Shown: positions 1-14,151, counted from the stretch's first letter. The stretch: DNA of 64,000 nucleotides from Ranitomeya imitator (GCF_032444005.1 NC_091288.1:204290001-204354000); one strand, 5' to 3'. A program made the numbers and translations. Notes: generated from the sequence alone by a model not told the origin.

Positions 1-570
1 AAATGGAGAATTTGTTTTCTCCACATCCAAGAAAAACTGATCCAACTCTGATCAGAATAATCGGACTATCTTTCTCCGATGTGAAGACACGGTTTTGTGA
101 ACCTATCCCAACCGTCCATTTTTTTTTCACATGCAAGAAAAAAAAAAAGTGTTTTTTTTCCAGGTGCCGGATTAGATTTCCATCCATTCTGGTTCGTGTG
201 TCCATTAGAACCATTAATATTTAATACGTTTTTCTTGCATACAAAAAAAGAAAAAAATCTTCTACCTATCAAACAGCTAAAAACAGACGGCACATAGATG
301 ACATCCATTATTTTTCTTTAAGGATCCATTGATTTTAATGGGTGACAAATAATTTGGATAAAAATCGGACAAGTCTCCATTTTTATTTTTTGCAGGCACT
401 TGGTATTAAAAAAAAAACACATAGCTGTGACGAGCCCCGTAGACTATAATGGGTGCGTGTTCTAGCCGTGAAATCACAGATCGGACATGCATGTGAAAAA
501 CAGACTCCATTAAACATGATGGGAATTTTTGGGCGTGCTCCTTACACCCAATATCTATCTTACTCCTTAG

Positions 571-3500
571 ATTAACCTTGTGATTTTTATGAGGATCTTG
601 AAAATGATATTGTCCAAGCTCAGAGCCAATCAGAAAGGTTTTGCGGACTACAAACTGAGGTGAGGATCAATTATCCCAGTTATGTCCTGTATGCCCCCAG
701 GGATGCCATGTATATTGCCTTTGCGGGGGATGTAGTCGCACTTTGTCCTGGCCGATAGAGCGGGTATATCCTGAACACAGTATGGCGGCACTATTTCATG
801 CACGGTATAAGAAAGCAATATGAAAACCCAATATGGTGGGAATCAATTTGTAGGACCCGTCACGACAGCAATCTGTGCCCACCGGATTAGAGCCCTAAGA
901 AGCGTCTCCCATCTCCCGGCATCTGCGGCTCTTTAGATTAGTTGGCCTGGCATGCCGTCACATATGCATTATACTGCAACAAGGCCGGGTAACCAAAAGA
1001 GGAGCTGCAGCTGCCGGGAGGAAAGAAGCGTTTCTCAGGGCTACTGCACAGCTTTTAGAATTGAATGGAATGGGTCTTGCAGGTGTGGTGCCGCTTCCCA
1101 TCATTAGGATACGTTTCTCTGATTGCTTCACCTGTCATTCACATCAATTAGCGCTCTCCCCCGCCGCTTTATACAGCTCCGCTTGGTGCTGATTGCACAG
1201 TCTGTACCTGACAGATCCTCGTCACAGCAGAACGCGCGCTGGTGGAGCCGCCATTCATCACTTACCCACAAATAGAGGCCACACAAATACCGATTATTTA
1301 GATGCTTTTTCCTATACTGTGTTTTTAGCTTGCATTTCTAGGCCTAGAAAAGTTTTAAAGGCGACGCATCACCTGCCATAAATACGATTTTTATGACCCG
1401 GTGTAAAAGCCGCTGTTCTCCTGAATCCGGCGTTGCCTTTCTTTTGTTCCTGCGCCTCTCCGTTCCTGAGATAGGGACCTCTGTTCTGTGTATGTAAATC
1501 TACTGTAGTCCTCAACTCTTCTCTGTGAACATTCTCTTGCTGACCACACCCAGTTGTCTAACACGACTTATGCACAAGGAAAAGGGGGCCATATCTTGGG
1601 AACGGAGAGGCGCAGAAAGAAAAGAAAAACATCGCCAGATTCAGAAAAACAGCGGCATTTACATGGAGTAAAAATACATTACATATTCATGAAGAGTGAC
1701 AGATCCTCTTTTAAAAGACAAAGAACTTTAGAAACATTTGGGGTCTATGATGGCATTTATTTACTGACGCTTGGTACCGACAGCAGGTTTGGATGCTTCT
1801 TCCTTGGTTTAGCACTAGCCCATGTAAAGCAGATCTTTTATTCACCAATGGACCCTACAGACTGCCTCTTCACATGAACACTCTGCAGTGGGCGGCTGGA
1901 AGCGACGCTGTGCAGAGGATGCAGCGGCCTCTTCATTGTCAATGGTCGGCTGGGGTCCCCACCAATCCAAAGCGGCAGCATATCCTAGTAATAGGCAATT
2001 ACCTACAGAGCTGGAATACCCTTGTGACGTACAGTTCCCTAAACACCTCATTGGGGAGTGATCACTACATGTTATTACACCTTTCTGTGTGTCAAATTCT
2101 GTTATTGAGCAGAATAATTGTATAATTTTGCCATACAGGGGGCTCACAGCTCCATTTTTCATATTCTCCATTTTTAGGCTGGCTAAGGCGACCCTGACTC
2201 TCATCCCGCTCTTTGGGATCCATGAGGTGGTGTTCATCTTCGCCACGGATGAGCAGACATCAGGGATCCTGCGGTACATTAAGGTCTTCTTTAACCTCTT
2301 TTTCAGCTCCTTCCAGGTAAGATGAGCTCAGAGAGAAACTAACACAAAATGAGCTAACACTTTAGTCAAGTTTGATTGATTACATATAGTTATCTATTTT
2401 TCATAAATTTTCATTTTAGAACAAAAGCAAAAATGAAATATAGCAATTTTCAAACAATGGCCGCAAAACTCACCCTTCCTGACTGCTACAGAAGACTTTT
2501 CATTAGTCTCATTATCAGCACAGACAGGATCACGATAAAACAACACCTGTGTATGACTGATAACACCTCTATATACAGTAGATAACACAGGATCCACCAT
2601 TCACAATAGATGATGTCACAGCTCACCTCCTCCTGTACAATGACTGATAACACCTCTATATACAGTAGATAACACAGGATCCACCATTCACAATAGGTGA
2701 TGTCACAGCTCACCTCCTCCTCCTGTGCAATGACTGATAACACCTCTATATACAGTAGATAACACAGGATCCACCATTCACAATAGATGATGTCACAGCT
2801 CACCTCCTCCTGTACAATGACTGATAACACCTCTATATACAGTAGATAACACAGGATCCACCATTCACAATAGGTGACGTCACAGCTCACCTCCTCCTCC
2901 TGTACAATGACTGATAACACCTCTATATACAGTAGATAACACAGGATCCACCATTCACAATAGGTGATGGCACAGCTCACCTCCTCCTCCACCTTTTATG
3001 GCTTTTGTCCTTACCGGAGCATGCTCAGGATAGACGCTTTGATACGAAAGCTAAGAATAATCTGACTCTGCCAATATCCATGTGACGAACCTGGAATCTA
3101 TTAGGTTTAATGACCAGTGAGAAAATTAAAAGATAAATTAATAAAACATTTTTTCCTATTATCAAACACAATATGTAACTTTCTGACTAATCATTTTCCT
3201 TACTCCTGAGTTCTGGGACCTGGAGAAGCTCCAGAGACGATATACTTGGATAGACATTAAGATGATTTTACAAACTTCAATATTTTTCCACCTTTTTGAT
3301 GCCACTTTTTTTGTGACGTGGGTTTTTTTTCCCCCTTAAGTGTTACATGCTTCAGATGTGGTTTTTTTGTTTGTTTAATGTGTGCTCTCTATAAGAAAGA
3401 CAATACATGAAAAAAAAACGAATTCTGGCTCTCAGAGAGTAAATGAAGCAATGGTGTACCTGCCCAACTGAGCCCCGTTCTCAGGACCGCGGGGGGAGTC

Positions 3501-3913
3501 TAGCGGGCAGTAAGGGACCCCCTATCCTATGGGTACAGAACTACTTTCCATGAACTCTTCATACAAGACCCCCAGCCCACTGTGGACGTCATCTAACCTC
3601 GTTCCCGCTGTCATTGTGTCTTGCAGGGTTTCCTGGTGGCGGTATTATACTGTTTTGCTAATAAAGAGGTAAGTTAATAGAACCTCCATTCACTATAAAT
3701 TGCAATCCTGGTTCTACCAATGTACACAGATTAAAGGCGAATAAATAAATTGGCAGAACCCTGCTCCAGTGGTCATTTCTAATACAGACCGATGAGAAAA
3801 AATAAATCCTATTATTAAAAGCGGAGTTGGATTGATCAAAATGCACACCTTTCACACCGATCTGGGGGAATTGCAAATTACAATGCATCTGTTAAAAAAA
3901 AAAAAAATAAATA

Positions 3914-3972
<59 letters not shown>

Positions 3973-4497
3973 TTTTTTATATAATATTAAATATATATTT
4001 TTTACAAATATTAAAAATATTATTATTATTAAAATATTATAAAAAATTATATTTTTTTATAATATTAATATTTTTAATATTTTTTTAAATAAAAATATAT
4101 TTACAGTATATTATTTAATATATATATTTTTTTTAATATATATTTTTTTATATATATTTAATATATATATATATTTTTTTTATATATATTTAATATTTTA
4201 TTTTAATTTAATATTTTATTAATCATATTTTATTATTTTTAGATAAAATAATAAAACATTATATAACTATATGTGTGCACACAAACACACGCAATGACAA
4301 ATTAACCCTCTCCCCATTCAAGTGCCCTTTTATTCTGCCGATTGCAATAAGGCCTTGAAAACCCCCATTAATATTCTGCACCATTATATATGACGGCATT
4401 GTAGACCGTAATAATAATTATGGCTCGTTTTCAGGTAAAGTTTGAAATACAGAAAAAGTGGCAGATGTGGAAAATGGACGGCTCCTCTCTGCGGTGA
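571..4497 (+). CDS. GCRPR: Glucagon-receptor-family class B GPCR, 3' four coding exons (TM5 end to C-tail); most like the glucagon-related peptide receptor (GCRPR/GCGR-like) of non-mammalian vertebrates; 5' part lies upstream of the window
   Basis: Exons 571-659 ([30 protein letters not shown]), 2178-2316 ([46 protein letters not shown]), 3627-3668 (42-nt [14 protein letters not shown]) and 4435-4497 ([20 protein letters not shown]). All have AG/GT sites with compatible phases. The motifs are typical of secretin-family TM6/TM7/helix 8. Family is secure; the exact paralogue is recalled, not searched. Confidence 0.85.
2554..2990. repeat. Minisatellite, alternating 87/90-bp units, about 5 copies, in a GPCR intron
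   Basis: TGACTGATAACACCTCTATATACAGTAGATAACACAGGATCC... starts at 2554, 2641, 2731, 2818 and 2908. Confidence 0.9.
3890..4270. repeat. AT-rich low-complexity tract with (TA)n
   Basis: Almost pure A/T, with a (TA)n run at about 3922-3966. Confidence 0.9.
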
Positions 4498-5643
4498 CCA
4501 ACACAACAAACTTTACAAACTTTTAATCTAAGCCGGTCTGCGCGGAGTCTAGATGTCAAGCAACGGCTGCTTCATGGGCTTCACCCCGACAGGCGAGAGC
4601 CCATCATGTGCCTGTTAAGCATCGAGGGGTTACAGGCCTCAGAAGAAACATTTAGCAGAACGCAAAATCCCAATGGGGGTGCAAATAATGGAAGTGTTGC
4701 CAAAAACTTGGCTCCGAGAGTCATCTGGACGATTCTTTGTCCTGCATTTTTTCATCAGAAATGGAGCCTGCAACTTTTTTTTTTTAATTTTTTTAAAATT
4801 TTATTTCGAGTACATAACGTTGAGCTGTGCCCCATTATAACATCGAGGCACAGTTTACCCGTTAAACCCTTCTTCTAAAAGAAAAATCATGGACAGGAGT
4901 CTAAACCCTATGATCCTGCACCTGTCCGATACAATAAAAAGTCTCGTGAACCGCAATGGCTGCTTCACTGAGAAAGCATAAAAATGTCACCTTCCCCATC
5001 GCACATTCTGCATAAAAAAGGGGGATCAGTAGAATATCACTGGAGATTGCAGTCTGCCTCCGACGTCGTCAGCCCAGGAAGGGTACTGCGTCAGTGTCGC
5101 CATCTGAGCCGAGAAGACCGGGGGCTGCCATGGGCGGCGTGATCAAGGATCGGAAACATCTTCGGGGTGGAAAGTTTCACCCGCCGTCTGAGGTATGGTA
5201 AAAGCATTTCCTAGAAAGGGGAAGATTACAGTCGTTAGGCGATATTTGGTGGCGGAGGCTTGGAAAGACCCAAACATGGGAAAACGCCAAGATAAGGGCC
5301 ATACAAAGCTGGACTCATGGACAGGGAGTTATAAAGGGGCTTTGGAAAAGGTTTACAGGGGTCTGCTGGAAATAAAGATTCTGCACTGTATAATAAAAAG
5401 GTCCGCGGTTTTGTCAGTTTCTTTAGGTTTTGTTTTCTGGGAGACCCCAATGTCCCCATATAGGTAGACGGGTGAAGGACATTGATAAAACCTTCCTTTC
5501 ATTATTTATGTCCCCTGAGGCAGCACCACCTTGCCCAAAGGCCGTTTTGGGTTTTGCAACTAAACCTCATTGTTGCTTAAAGGCAATCTATCAGGACAAA
5601 ATGACTGTTCAAACCAAGCACAGGCGCTCGGTGTACACCCTTA

Positions 5644-6403
5644 GGGTACCGTCACACAGTGGCACTTTTGTCGCTACGACGCTACGATTCGTGACGTTCC
5701 AGCGATATCCATACGATATCGCTGTGTCTGACACGCAGCAGCGATCAGGGATCCTGCTGAGAATCGTACGTCGTAGCAGATCGTTTGGAACATTCTTTCG
5801 TCGCTGGATCTCCCGCTGTCATCGCTAGATTGGTGTGTGTGACACCGATCTAGCGATGCGTTCGCTTGTAACCAGGGTAAACATCGGGTTACTAAGCGCA
5901 GGGCCGCGCTTAGTAACCCGATGTTTACCCTGGTTACCAGCGTAAATGTAAAGAATAAAAAACAAAAAAAAAAAAACAGCACATACTTACATTCCAGTGT
6001 CCGTCAGGTCCCTTGCCGTCTGCTTCCCGCACTGACTGACTGCCGTAAAGTGAAAGCAGAGCACAGCGGTGACGTCACTGCTCTGCTCTGCTTTCACTTT
6101 ACGGCCGGCAGTCAGTGAGTGCGGGAAGCAGACGGCAAGGGACCTGACGGACACTGGAATGTAAATATGTGTTTGTTTGTTTTTTACGCTGGTAACCAGG
6201 GTAAACATCGGGTTACTAAGCACGATCCTGCGCTTAGTAACCCGATGTTTACCCTGGTTACCCGGGGACCTCGGCATCGTTGGTCGCTGGAGAGCTGTCT
6301 GTGTGACAGCTCTCCAGCGACCACACTACGACTTACCAACGATCACGGCCAGGTCGTATCGCTGGTCGTGATCGTTGGTAAATCGTATAGTGTGACGGTG
6401 CCC
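5644..6403. mobile_element. PIF/Harbinger-type MITE (GGTACCGTCACAC family)
   Basis: TTA|GGGTACCGTCACAC...GTGTGACGGTGCCC|TTA, with two internal hairpins GTAACCAGGGTAAACATCGGGTTACTAAG...CTTAGTAACCCGATGTTTACCCTGGTTAC. Confidence 0.8.
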
Positions 6404-7155
6404 TTAGTGTGGCCCATCAGTTTAGTGCACCTTCACACCTGTCCCGCCCTTCTCTCACTATATAAATTCAGAGCTGTCAATCAAACTAGAAGGGGGAAAA
6501 ACAAGTAGGTGGGAAGCTGCTCGGAACGGTTTGGCCGCACCGACGGTGCACCGAGCGTATGTGATTGCGCTGAACAGGCGATCTGTGCTGACAGACTCCC
6601 TTTAAGGCACTGTGTAATGCTTAATTCCCCCTGCGGAGGCACTGTAGGGAAATTGAACACTTCCTGCTACATTCCAGGTGATTGTTTCCGGTTATCAGCT
6701 TCAAGGGGTTACTGAGTGGTCAAAAAATTAGGCAAGATGAAGCAGTCTTGTGCTGTATAGTGCCGAGGCCGGTCACATGTGACATATAGCACGTCTTTGC
6801 TGCGGCCAAATAGACAACGGCCGGCTCGTACCTGCACTGGTGGGTACTCGCCAAGTAAGCAATGGTTCACTATTATTTTATTGTGCCCCCATCTAACAAG
6901 AAGGCACTGATCAAAGGAGATGGAGCCGAGTGGTGGTCTCTCTCTAATGAAGCAGACACATTAATGGAGGAGGTCCGGCCTCACCGACCATCGGAGGTGT
7001 GTGGGGGATGGGGAGTCATGGTTCTTCCCCAACTAAGATGACAAGAAAAAGAAGGACAGGGTATGAATAGAGGGTGGAAAGAATCTAGAGGAGATTTCCA
7101 ACAACGGGTCGCTGCCACATAGAAGAAAACCACGTCTTCCGCTTTACCTGCCTCC

Positions 7156-10100
7156 TCAGGGATCCGGCCATTTATGTCTCCCCTTGTCGGACGTTCTCAT
7201 CTTCTCCAGGTTCTCCTGCAGCGCTCTCATTGCCTTCTCTGCAGAGACAGGAGCCGTTCACATCTCCACTCTCTTATAATGGAGAGTTAGAAGGTCTCTC
7301 GCGACTTACCCAACACCGCCGTGCTTTCCTCCAGAGACGACGAAAGCTCCTGCACATTAAAAGACTTCACCGGAGCAGCATTACTGACCTGTGGGGCTAA
7401 GAGAAGAAGATCGTCACCCGAAATCCAGGGCACTCACTATCCAGCCCATGCCTATATACTGTACTGAAAAAGAAAAAAATGCAAGTGGGGTGGTGAAAGG
7501 GAGAAGGAACTTTGTAATGAAAAAATATTTTGCTGTGTTGCCCGGTAATACCAAGCATGTTAACATTTTTATTTCTTTATTTTTGGATGGGAAAAAAAAA
7601 AGGAACGGACTATTTTTAAGACTTATTCCATTACACTCATTATTTCAGTCTCCCTAGGGAGTTTGCGATCACTTGTACTATATACTGCAATACTACTGGA
7701 TTGTAGTAGTAATATATAGTCAAACTCATGACCTCCTATGAAGCCAATCTGGCAGCATCAGGGGTCTCCGCTGCCCCCCCGCCATCTGCCTTGGTGACAC
7801 CGTGCAGGCAGCGAGTGGCAATTTAAATTCTGCTGTCAGTTATTGACAAGCGGCGTCTAAGTGGTTAAATAGCAGTGATCAGAGCTCGCCCTGATCACTG
7901 TGTGTGCCCTGTAAGGAGCGGGATCATCTTCTGAGCCTGCTCCATACACCCGCACCCTGTACATGACATACATGGACGTCAGGGATTAGTAAGGGGTTAA
8001 TGGACATCACGTTCCTAATCTGATGCTTTCCATCCCCCAGCCTCTTACCTGTCAGTCTGCAGCCAGGCGGCCTTGTCCTTGTAGTGCCACCCTTGCCAAG
8101 GCGCAGTGACAGTACTTCCTGGCAGCTCCTATGGGCAGTCCACAAAACTATAAGCTCCTCATAAGCGCTATATTATGGTCACATAACATATCAGTCCGGC
8201 TTTGACTATCGTGGGTACCTGAATTGATCTAGTGCCCGCTGGGCATCAGTAGCCAGGATGCTAGTGGCGTCCAACTGGCTACGAAAAGCCCTCCATTTGG
8301 TCTCTTGCTCCATAAGACACCCCTCGGCTACGGCTCGGAGCTCCCTCTCCTGGTCCACCTGTCCTTTCAACGTCTCCGTCTCCTCGCAATGCTATGCAGG
8401 AAAACAAAGAGAAATGATCCGGGGTCCAGGAGGCAAATCACGACTGATGGCACTGTAGGCGGCTACCTTATGCAGCTGGATGGCTAGTTCCTGCATCTCC
8501 GCTTCCAGACGGTCGGCGTAGGCTTGTTCTAGCGCAGCTCCGGGAGGGCGGGCAGAACTATGCCAACGGGCAATGGCGGACGTCATTTTCCGCTTCGGCC
8601 CAAATAAGCTATAAAATAAAAAAACAAAACCATTATATACAAGAGTTTTCAGGCAGCTGCTATTCGTCTCATTTACAGAAGGGCGGACATTCTAACAACA
8701 CTTGGCTCAGCTGCTGCAGAATCTCTTTTTGAAGGAGCATCATGGAGTCACCGTATCATTTACACAATTCGCTCTCTTTGTGCAGCCACAAATCCCACCC
8801 TCCCTTTACTTACGTGATGCCCACCTCCCGCAGGTCAGTTTCAGTAAGGGTGAGGAAGATTCGGAGATTAACGTCCTGCTCCTGGAAGACAGACAAGTAC
8901 TTGGAGCAGCCGATCTGCTCCAGAAGCTCCGCCAGGTCCTGACCACGGGACATAAAGGAACACAGAGGTTAGAGCAGGAATCAATGACCGGCCTTCATCC
9001 AAACCAGTCGCCGCAGCTCATTGTCATTTTTGCACTTTTTTGGGTTTTGTTTTTATGGCATTCGGTGTGCGGTAAAATTAACCTGGTGCCACGATTCTAG
9101 TATAGTTGCTTTAATATTTTATGAATTTCAAATTATTTTTTTAAACTAAGATTATATATACCGCATATATATTTTTTGGCAATGGAGTTTTTTTTTGCAG
9201 GGAAAGTCGTCTTTTGATTGGTACCATTTTTGAGGAACTTCCAATATTCTGACTATTTTTTATTGATTTTTATTTCTTTAGGGTGGTGGTGGAGGACCGA
9301 GGAAGGTTGCAGTCACACAAAAATAAAAATAAAACATTTTTTTTTACATTTATTTTTGTATTTGGAAAAGAGTGGTGGTGGACTTTACCTTTTATTTTCC
9401 TAATAAATCTGTTTTTTCCCCCTCTAGTCTTGAAGGTACTTGAGCCTGCGATCATTTGATAGACTGTATTGTATCACCTATGAAGCTTAGCCCGAAGCTG
9501 GGCTTCAAAAGAATACAAAGATGGCAGTGACCGAATCTTTTAATAGCCCCCACCCCAAATTGCATCACTGTCACAAAGGTGAAGTATGAACCATCTTGCT
9601 ACCAAGTATCGCGCAGGCTCAGCTCCTTGGCTCGCTCCGTGCGCTGGCTCGGCCTCTGGGCCCGCTCCGTGCGCAGGCTCGGCCCCTGGGCTCGCTCCGA
9701 GCGCAGGCTCGGCCTCTGGGCTCGCTCCGAGCGCAGGCTCGGCCCCTGGGCTCGCTCCGAGCGCAGGCTCGGCCCCTGGGCTTGCTCCGTGCGCAGGCTC
9801 GGCCCCTGGGCTCGCTCCGAGCGCAGGCTCGGCCCCTGGGCTCGCTCCGAGCGCAGGCTCGGCCCCTGGGCTCGCTCCGTGCGCAGGCTCGGCCCCTGGG
9901 CTCCCCCCGTGCGCAGGCTCGGCTCCTGGGCTCGCTCCTACACACTAAATATCTACAGCAGATGTTGGGAAGGGGCTAAATAGGCATCACCTTATTAGTG
10001 GAGGGGTCTGATGTTTGACACCCACTGTTCTTGAGAATTGAGCCACTCTGGGGGAGGCGAGAATGGATCACAGAGCAGATTCAGTGCTGTGATCCCTTCA

Positions 10101-13100
10101 TTATCAAAGTCGATCGGACCCCCGTAATCATACATTTATGGCATATCCTAGTGACATCTCATCACTCTATGAGAGGAGACCTTTAAGTGCAGGTGACACG
10201 GGATATTATTGCTGCTGTTGAAACACAGAACAACTGATGAAGTTTCCAACAAAGCTGCCCAGGATTCGTTACGAAGCGCCATGACTGGCATGCTAATGGA
10301 CCCCCACTGACCAGTTTATAAGAGGAAAAATATTCCAATAAATAGTGATATATTAGATCTGTGCATTGTACCTTGGGTCCGGTATATGGTGGGCTGTTCG
10401 GATCTGCCGAGGGGTTAGATGCCCTGCAGTGCGCGGATCCAGCGGCAGTATGGGCGTCACCATTGCGCTGTCTCCCTTTGCCCAATGATTTGCTGTGCTT
10501 CCTGTTGGCAGTTTCTAACGCTGGATCAGAGTCCTAAAGATGGAGATAAGCTTGGCTTAAAAAATTGTCGCTCTTTTCAGTGGTGACCTGCAATACCAAA
10601 TGTAACCTAAGAGGGGCACCATTTCCAAAAAAAGAAGACCCTTGTAAATGCTTGATCCTTTTAAATCTGCATGGAGGGCGCGAGAGCGAGATTACCACGC
10701 AGGTCCTGCTTACCTCATTGCTCTCCAGGGAGGCCTCGCTGCTCACGCCTGTGCTGATACAGATCCCCTCACTGCTGCTGCACCGCGGCCCCCCGGCGTA
10801 CCCCTCCTCTGAAATAGAGCAGATTTCGTTCAATAAATCATAAACTCATAGGTGCCATGGTTATTCTATATCCAGAATACCGACCTTTACTGCTGCCGTT
10901 ACTCTCCACGTCGCGCTCGTTGATGGGCGAGGTGACGTCCCGATATCTGAGATCTGAACCTCCAGACTCATAGTCGCCGTCACTGAAGGTAACGTAGCCC
11001 TGAGGAGGAACCTGAACACCTAAAGCGAAGGGAAAGAGGGGACCACCTTATACCCTACCGCTGTGATTCTCTCCGACTGCTGCACAACTACAACTCCCAG
11101 CATGTAATCTCTAAACAAACAGCTAACGAAACCACAAGTAGAGGATGAATGGACTCACCAGAGCTGGGCCCACCAGCCGTCATCTTGGCCAGGGCTTGCG
11201 GACCATCGTGAATACTGGGACCTTTAGGCTTACGTTGGTGCCTTGGTCGGTGGGGGGTGAAGGAGGATTCGTCCGACGAGCTGAGATCCTCGTGACGTGC
11301 TGAAAAACCAGGAACACAATGGGACATAATGATACCCAGAAGACTCAAACGACTTTACCGCCATCTAGGACGTAGGAAAAGTCATCAATATCAGTATGGT
11401 GGGGGTCCGACACCCAATCAGCCGGTATTTAATAGTTTATGGAGCCAGAACATACAGTGTAGTGGTCACTCTCGGTACTGCAGCCCAGATCCCATTCATG
11501 TCAATAGGAGCAGAGCTGCAGAATCTAAGAATGGCCACTGAACAGTGCACGGATCGCCATCTTCTCATGCTAGAAGCAACACCGGCTATGCATGTGGCCT
11601 AGAAACCCGATCATTGTGCACACTCCGGCAGCATAATCATATGCAATTATATTGGCTTCACTTTAAGATCTTACCTGATCCTCGACTGTGAGTCCGGGAT
11701 CCCTTGACACGATGGGAGTCCAAAAGCGACACTATCCTAGAATGGCCGTACCTGGCTGCTAACATGCGGGCGGTGTCTCCTTTGTGATCTGTCTCACTCA
11801 CTTTGACCCCCTTTAAAATACAAAGAATTGGATTGATTTTTTTTGGAGACAGAAGTCAGAGGAACCACAACAGGGAAAAAAGACATATGAATCTGTAGGA
11901 GGTCTTGATTTTGTGCAGTTTTACAATTTGCCCAAGTTGTCATCTTCTGTGTGTTGATGAAAAGTAAAGCATGGTGGAGACCCGTCAACGGGACGTCATC
12001 AGAGCGGCAGACCACCCAATGCAGAAGGAAGCGGAAAAACTACGGCTGCTGGAGACTTACGTGGTCCAGTAAGTGCTGCACTATGATCTCGTGTCCTGAC
12101 GCCGCGGCCTCCATTAGGGGAGTGAAGCCGCACACCGGTTCCCTAGAAGGAGTCAAGCAGTTTTCTAGTTACCTTCAAGCAAAAGACACTTCCAAATCCA
12201 ATACAGGGACTTCAAGAGGAAAATGTCTGCGTGTTACATCAGGCTTAAAGGGATTGTCCAGTCTAAGAAGAAAAAAGTCTGCAGTCACCCTATGCTGACA
12301 CACTCCCTTTAAAAAGTGTGCGATCACGTGATAGGAGGTGTGCGACTGGGTGAACTGGTGAGATTCAGTAGTCTGCATTCACAATTCACAGCCTATCTGC
12401 AGACTATGCTTAGACTGGACAACCACTTTAAAGGGAAGGTGTTGGCCCAAACTGACAGCCCCATGTAAGGGATGATGGCAGGGGTGCGGAGCGCCAGGGA
12501 CTTGGCATTCTTACTTGGCATCTGCACTGGCGCCATTCTCCAGCAGGAATCGCAGCATCCGCTGATGCCCAGCACTGGTGCAGTGGAACAAGGCGGTCCA
12601 GCCACGGGCGTCTCTCGCCTCAATCTCAGCCCCCTGCTATGGGGCGAAAACAGAGACCAATGGGAATCACGGAATATGGAGAAGACCAGATCTAATCCCA
12701 CCCAAAACCCAGGGTCCTACCTGGATCAAGAAGTAAGCGACGCTTTCATTGCCACAGCTGGCTGCCAGTATGAGAGGGGTCTGCCCGCTGGGGGTCCTGC
12801 AGTTCACATCTACCCCGGCCTCCAGCAGCAGGCTGACCACAGCGTCGTGGCCTATGTAGGAGGCATACATGAGCGGCGTCCATCCACCCAGGTTCGCCTG
12901 GTTCAGATCCACGTCTTTCCTGTGCAAAGACAAATCACACAAGATCAGTTCCCGGGAGCAGCGACTGGCACTGATGAGGGAATAACCAGTAAATACAGCA
13001 GAAAGGAGCTTAAAGGGGTTGTCAAACACAGGAGACGGCACTACGAGGGTTAAACAGTTAAGTGCAGGTGCTTCTTCCAAAATTAGAATATCGTCAAAAA

Positions 13101-14104
13101 GTGAATTTATTTCAGTTCTTCAACAAAAAAGTGAAACTCATATATAGAATCATTACAAACAGAGTGATCTATTTCCAGTGTTTATTTCTGTTAATGTTGA
13201 TGATTATGGCTTACAGCCAATGAAAACCCAAAAGTCATTATCTCAGTAAATTAGAATACTTTATAACACCAGCTTGAAAAATGATAGAACAATCTGAAAT
13301 GTTGTCCTACTGAAATGTAGGGAAATGTCATTTCCCAGCAAGACTTGGCCCCTGTCCACACTGCCAAAAGTACCAACACCTGGTGTACAAACAACAGTAT
13401 CACTGGGCTGGATTGGCAGCAAACTCGCCTGACCTTAACCCCATAGAGAATCTATGTGGTATGAAGAGGAAGATGAGAGACACCAGACCCAACAATGCTG
13501 AAGGCTGCTATCAAAGCAACCTGGGCTTCCATAACCCCTCAGCAGTGCCACAGGCTGATCTCCTCCATGCCACGCCGCATTGATGCAGTAATTGATGCAA
13601 AAGGAGCCGCGACCAAGTATTGAGTGCATTTACTGATCATACATTTCAGGAGGCCAACATTTCAGACTTTAAAATAATTTTTTAAGCAGGTGTTATAAAG
13701 TATTCTAATTTACTGAGATAATGACTTTTGGGTTTTCATTGGCTGTGAGCCATAATCATCAACATTAACAGAAATAAACACTGGAAATAGATCACTCTGT
13801 AATGACTCTATAATATATGAGATTCACTTTTTGTATTGAGATTCACTTTTTGACGATATTCTAATTTAGTGAGAATCGCTTGAATGTTATATGGGAAATG
13901 GAAAAAACATCTCATTAAACTCCTCATCATCATCATCACTTCTTACCTGCGCACACAGCACTGAACCACCTCATACTGACCGATAGAGGCCGCAGTGTGA
14001 AGATCCAGGGACAACTCCTGACCGTCCACAGGTTCTCCATACCACATAGACAGGCTGCAGCTCAACATCTCAGTCTCACTGGCTTCATCGCTGAGCTCTG
14101 CCAT
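7156..14104 (-). CDS. ANKS3: Ankyrin repeat and SAM domain-containing protein 3, complete, 15 coding exons, 1920 nt = 639 aa + stop
   Basis: Exons (high to low): 14104-13947, 12919-12721, 12636-12515, 12142-12061, 11810-11675, 11299-11159, 11019-10885, 10808-10714, 10533-10372, 8938-8814, 8608-8467, 8391-8219, 8128-8049, 7396-7310, 7238-7156. All phases are compatible. Peptides: MAELSDEASE, LDLHTAASIGQYEVV, GWTPLMYASYIGHD, GFTPLMEAAASGHEIIVQ, EDLSSSDES, SAM domain DLAELLEQIGCSKYLSVFQEQDVNLRIFLTLTETDLREVGITLFGPKRKMTSAIARWHSSARPP, coiled coil YADRLEAEMQELAIQLHK. Confidence 0.96.
9613..9939. repeat. 30-bp GC/CpG-rich minisatellite, about 11 copies
   Basis: (GCTCGCTCCGAGCGCAGGCTCGGCCCCTGG)n in the ANKS3 intron 8939-10371. 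Confidence 0.9.
13081..13867. mobile_element. Internally deleted non-autonomous Tc1-like element in an ANKS3 intron
   Basis: About 180-bp imperfect inverted repeats (AATTAGAATATCGTCAAAAAGTG... / ...CACTTTTTGACGATATTCTAATT) around a remnant reading [10 protein letters not shown] (13430-13460). Confidence 0.8.
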
Positions 14105-14151
14105 GTCACCGACCTAGACCGTGATGTCCTACAAAATAAGGGGACCGATTA

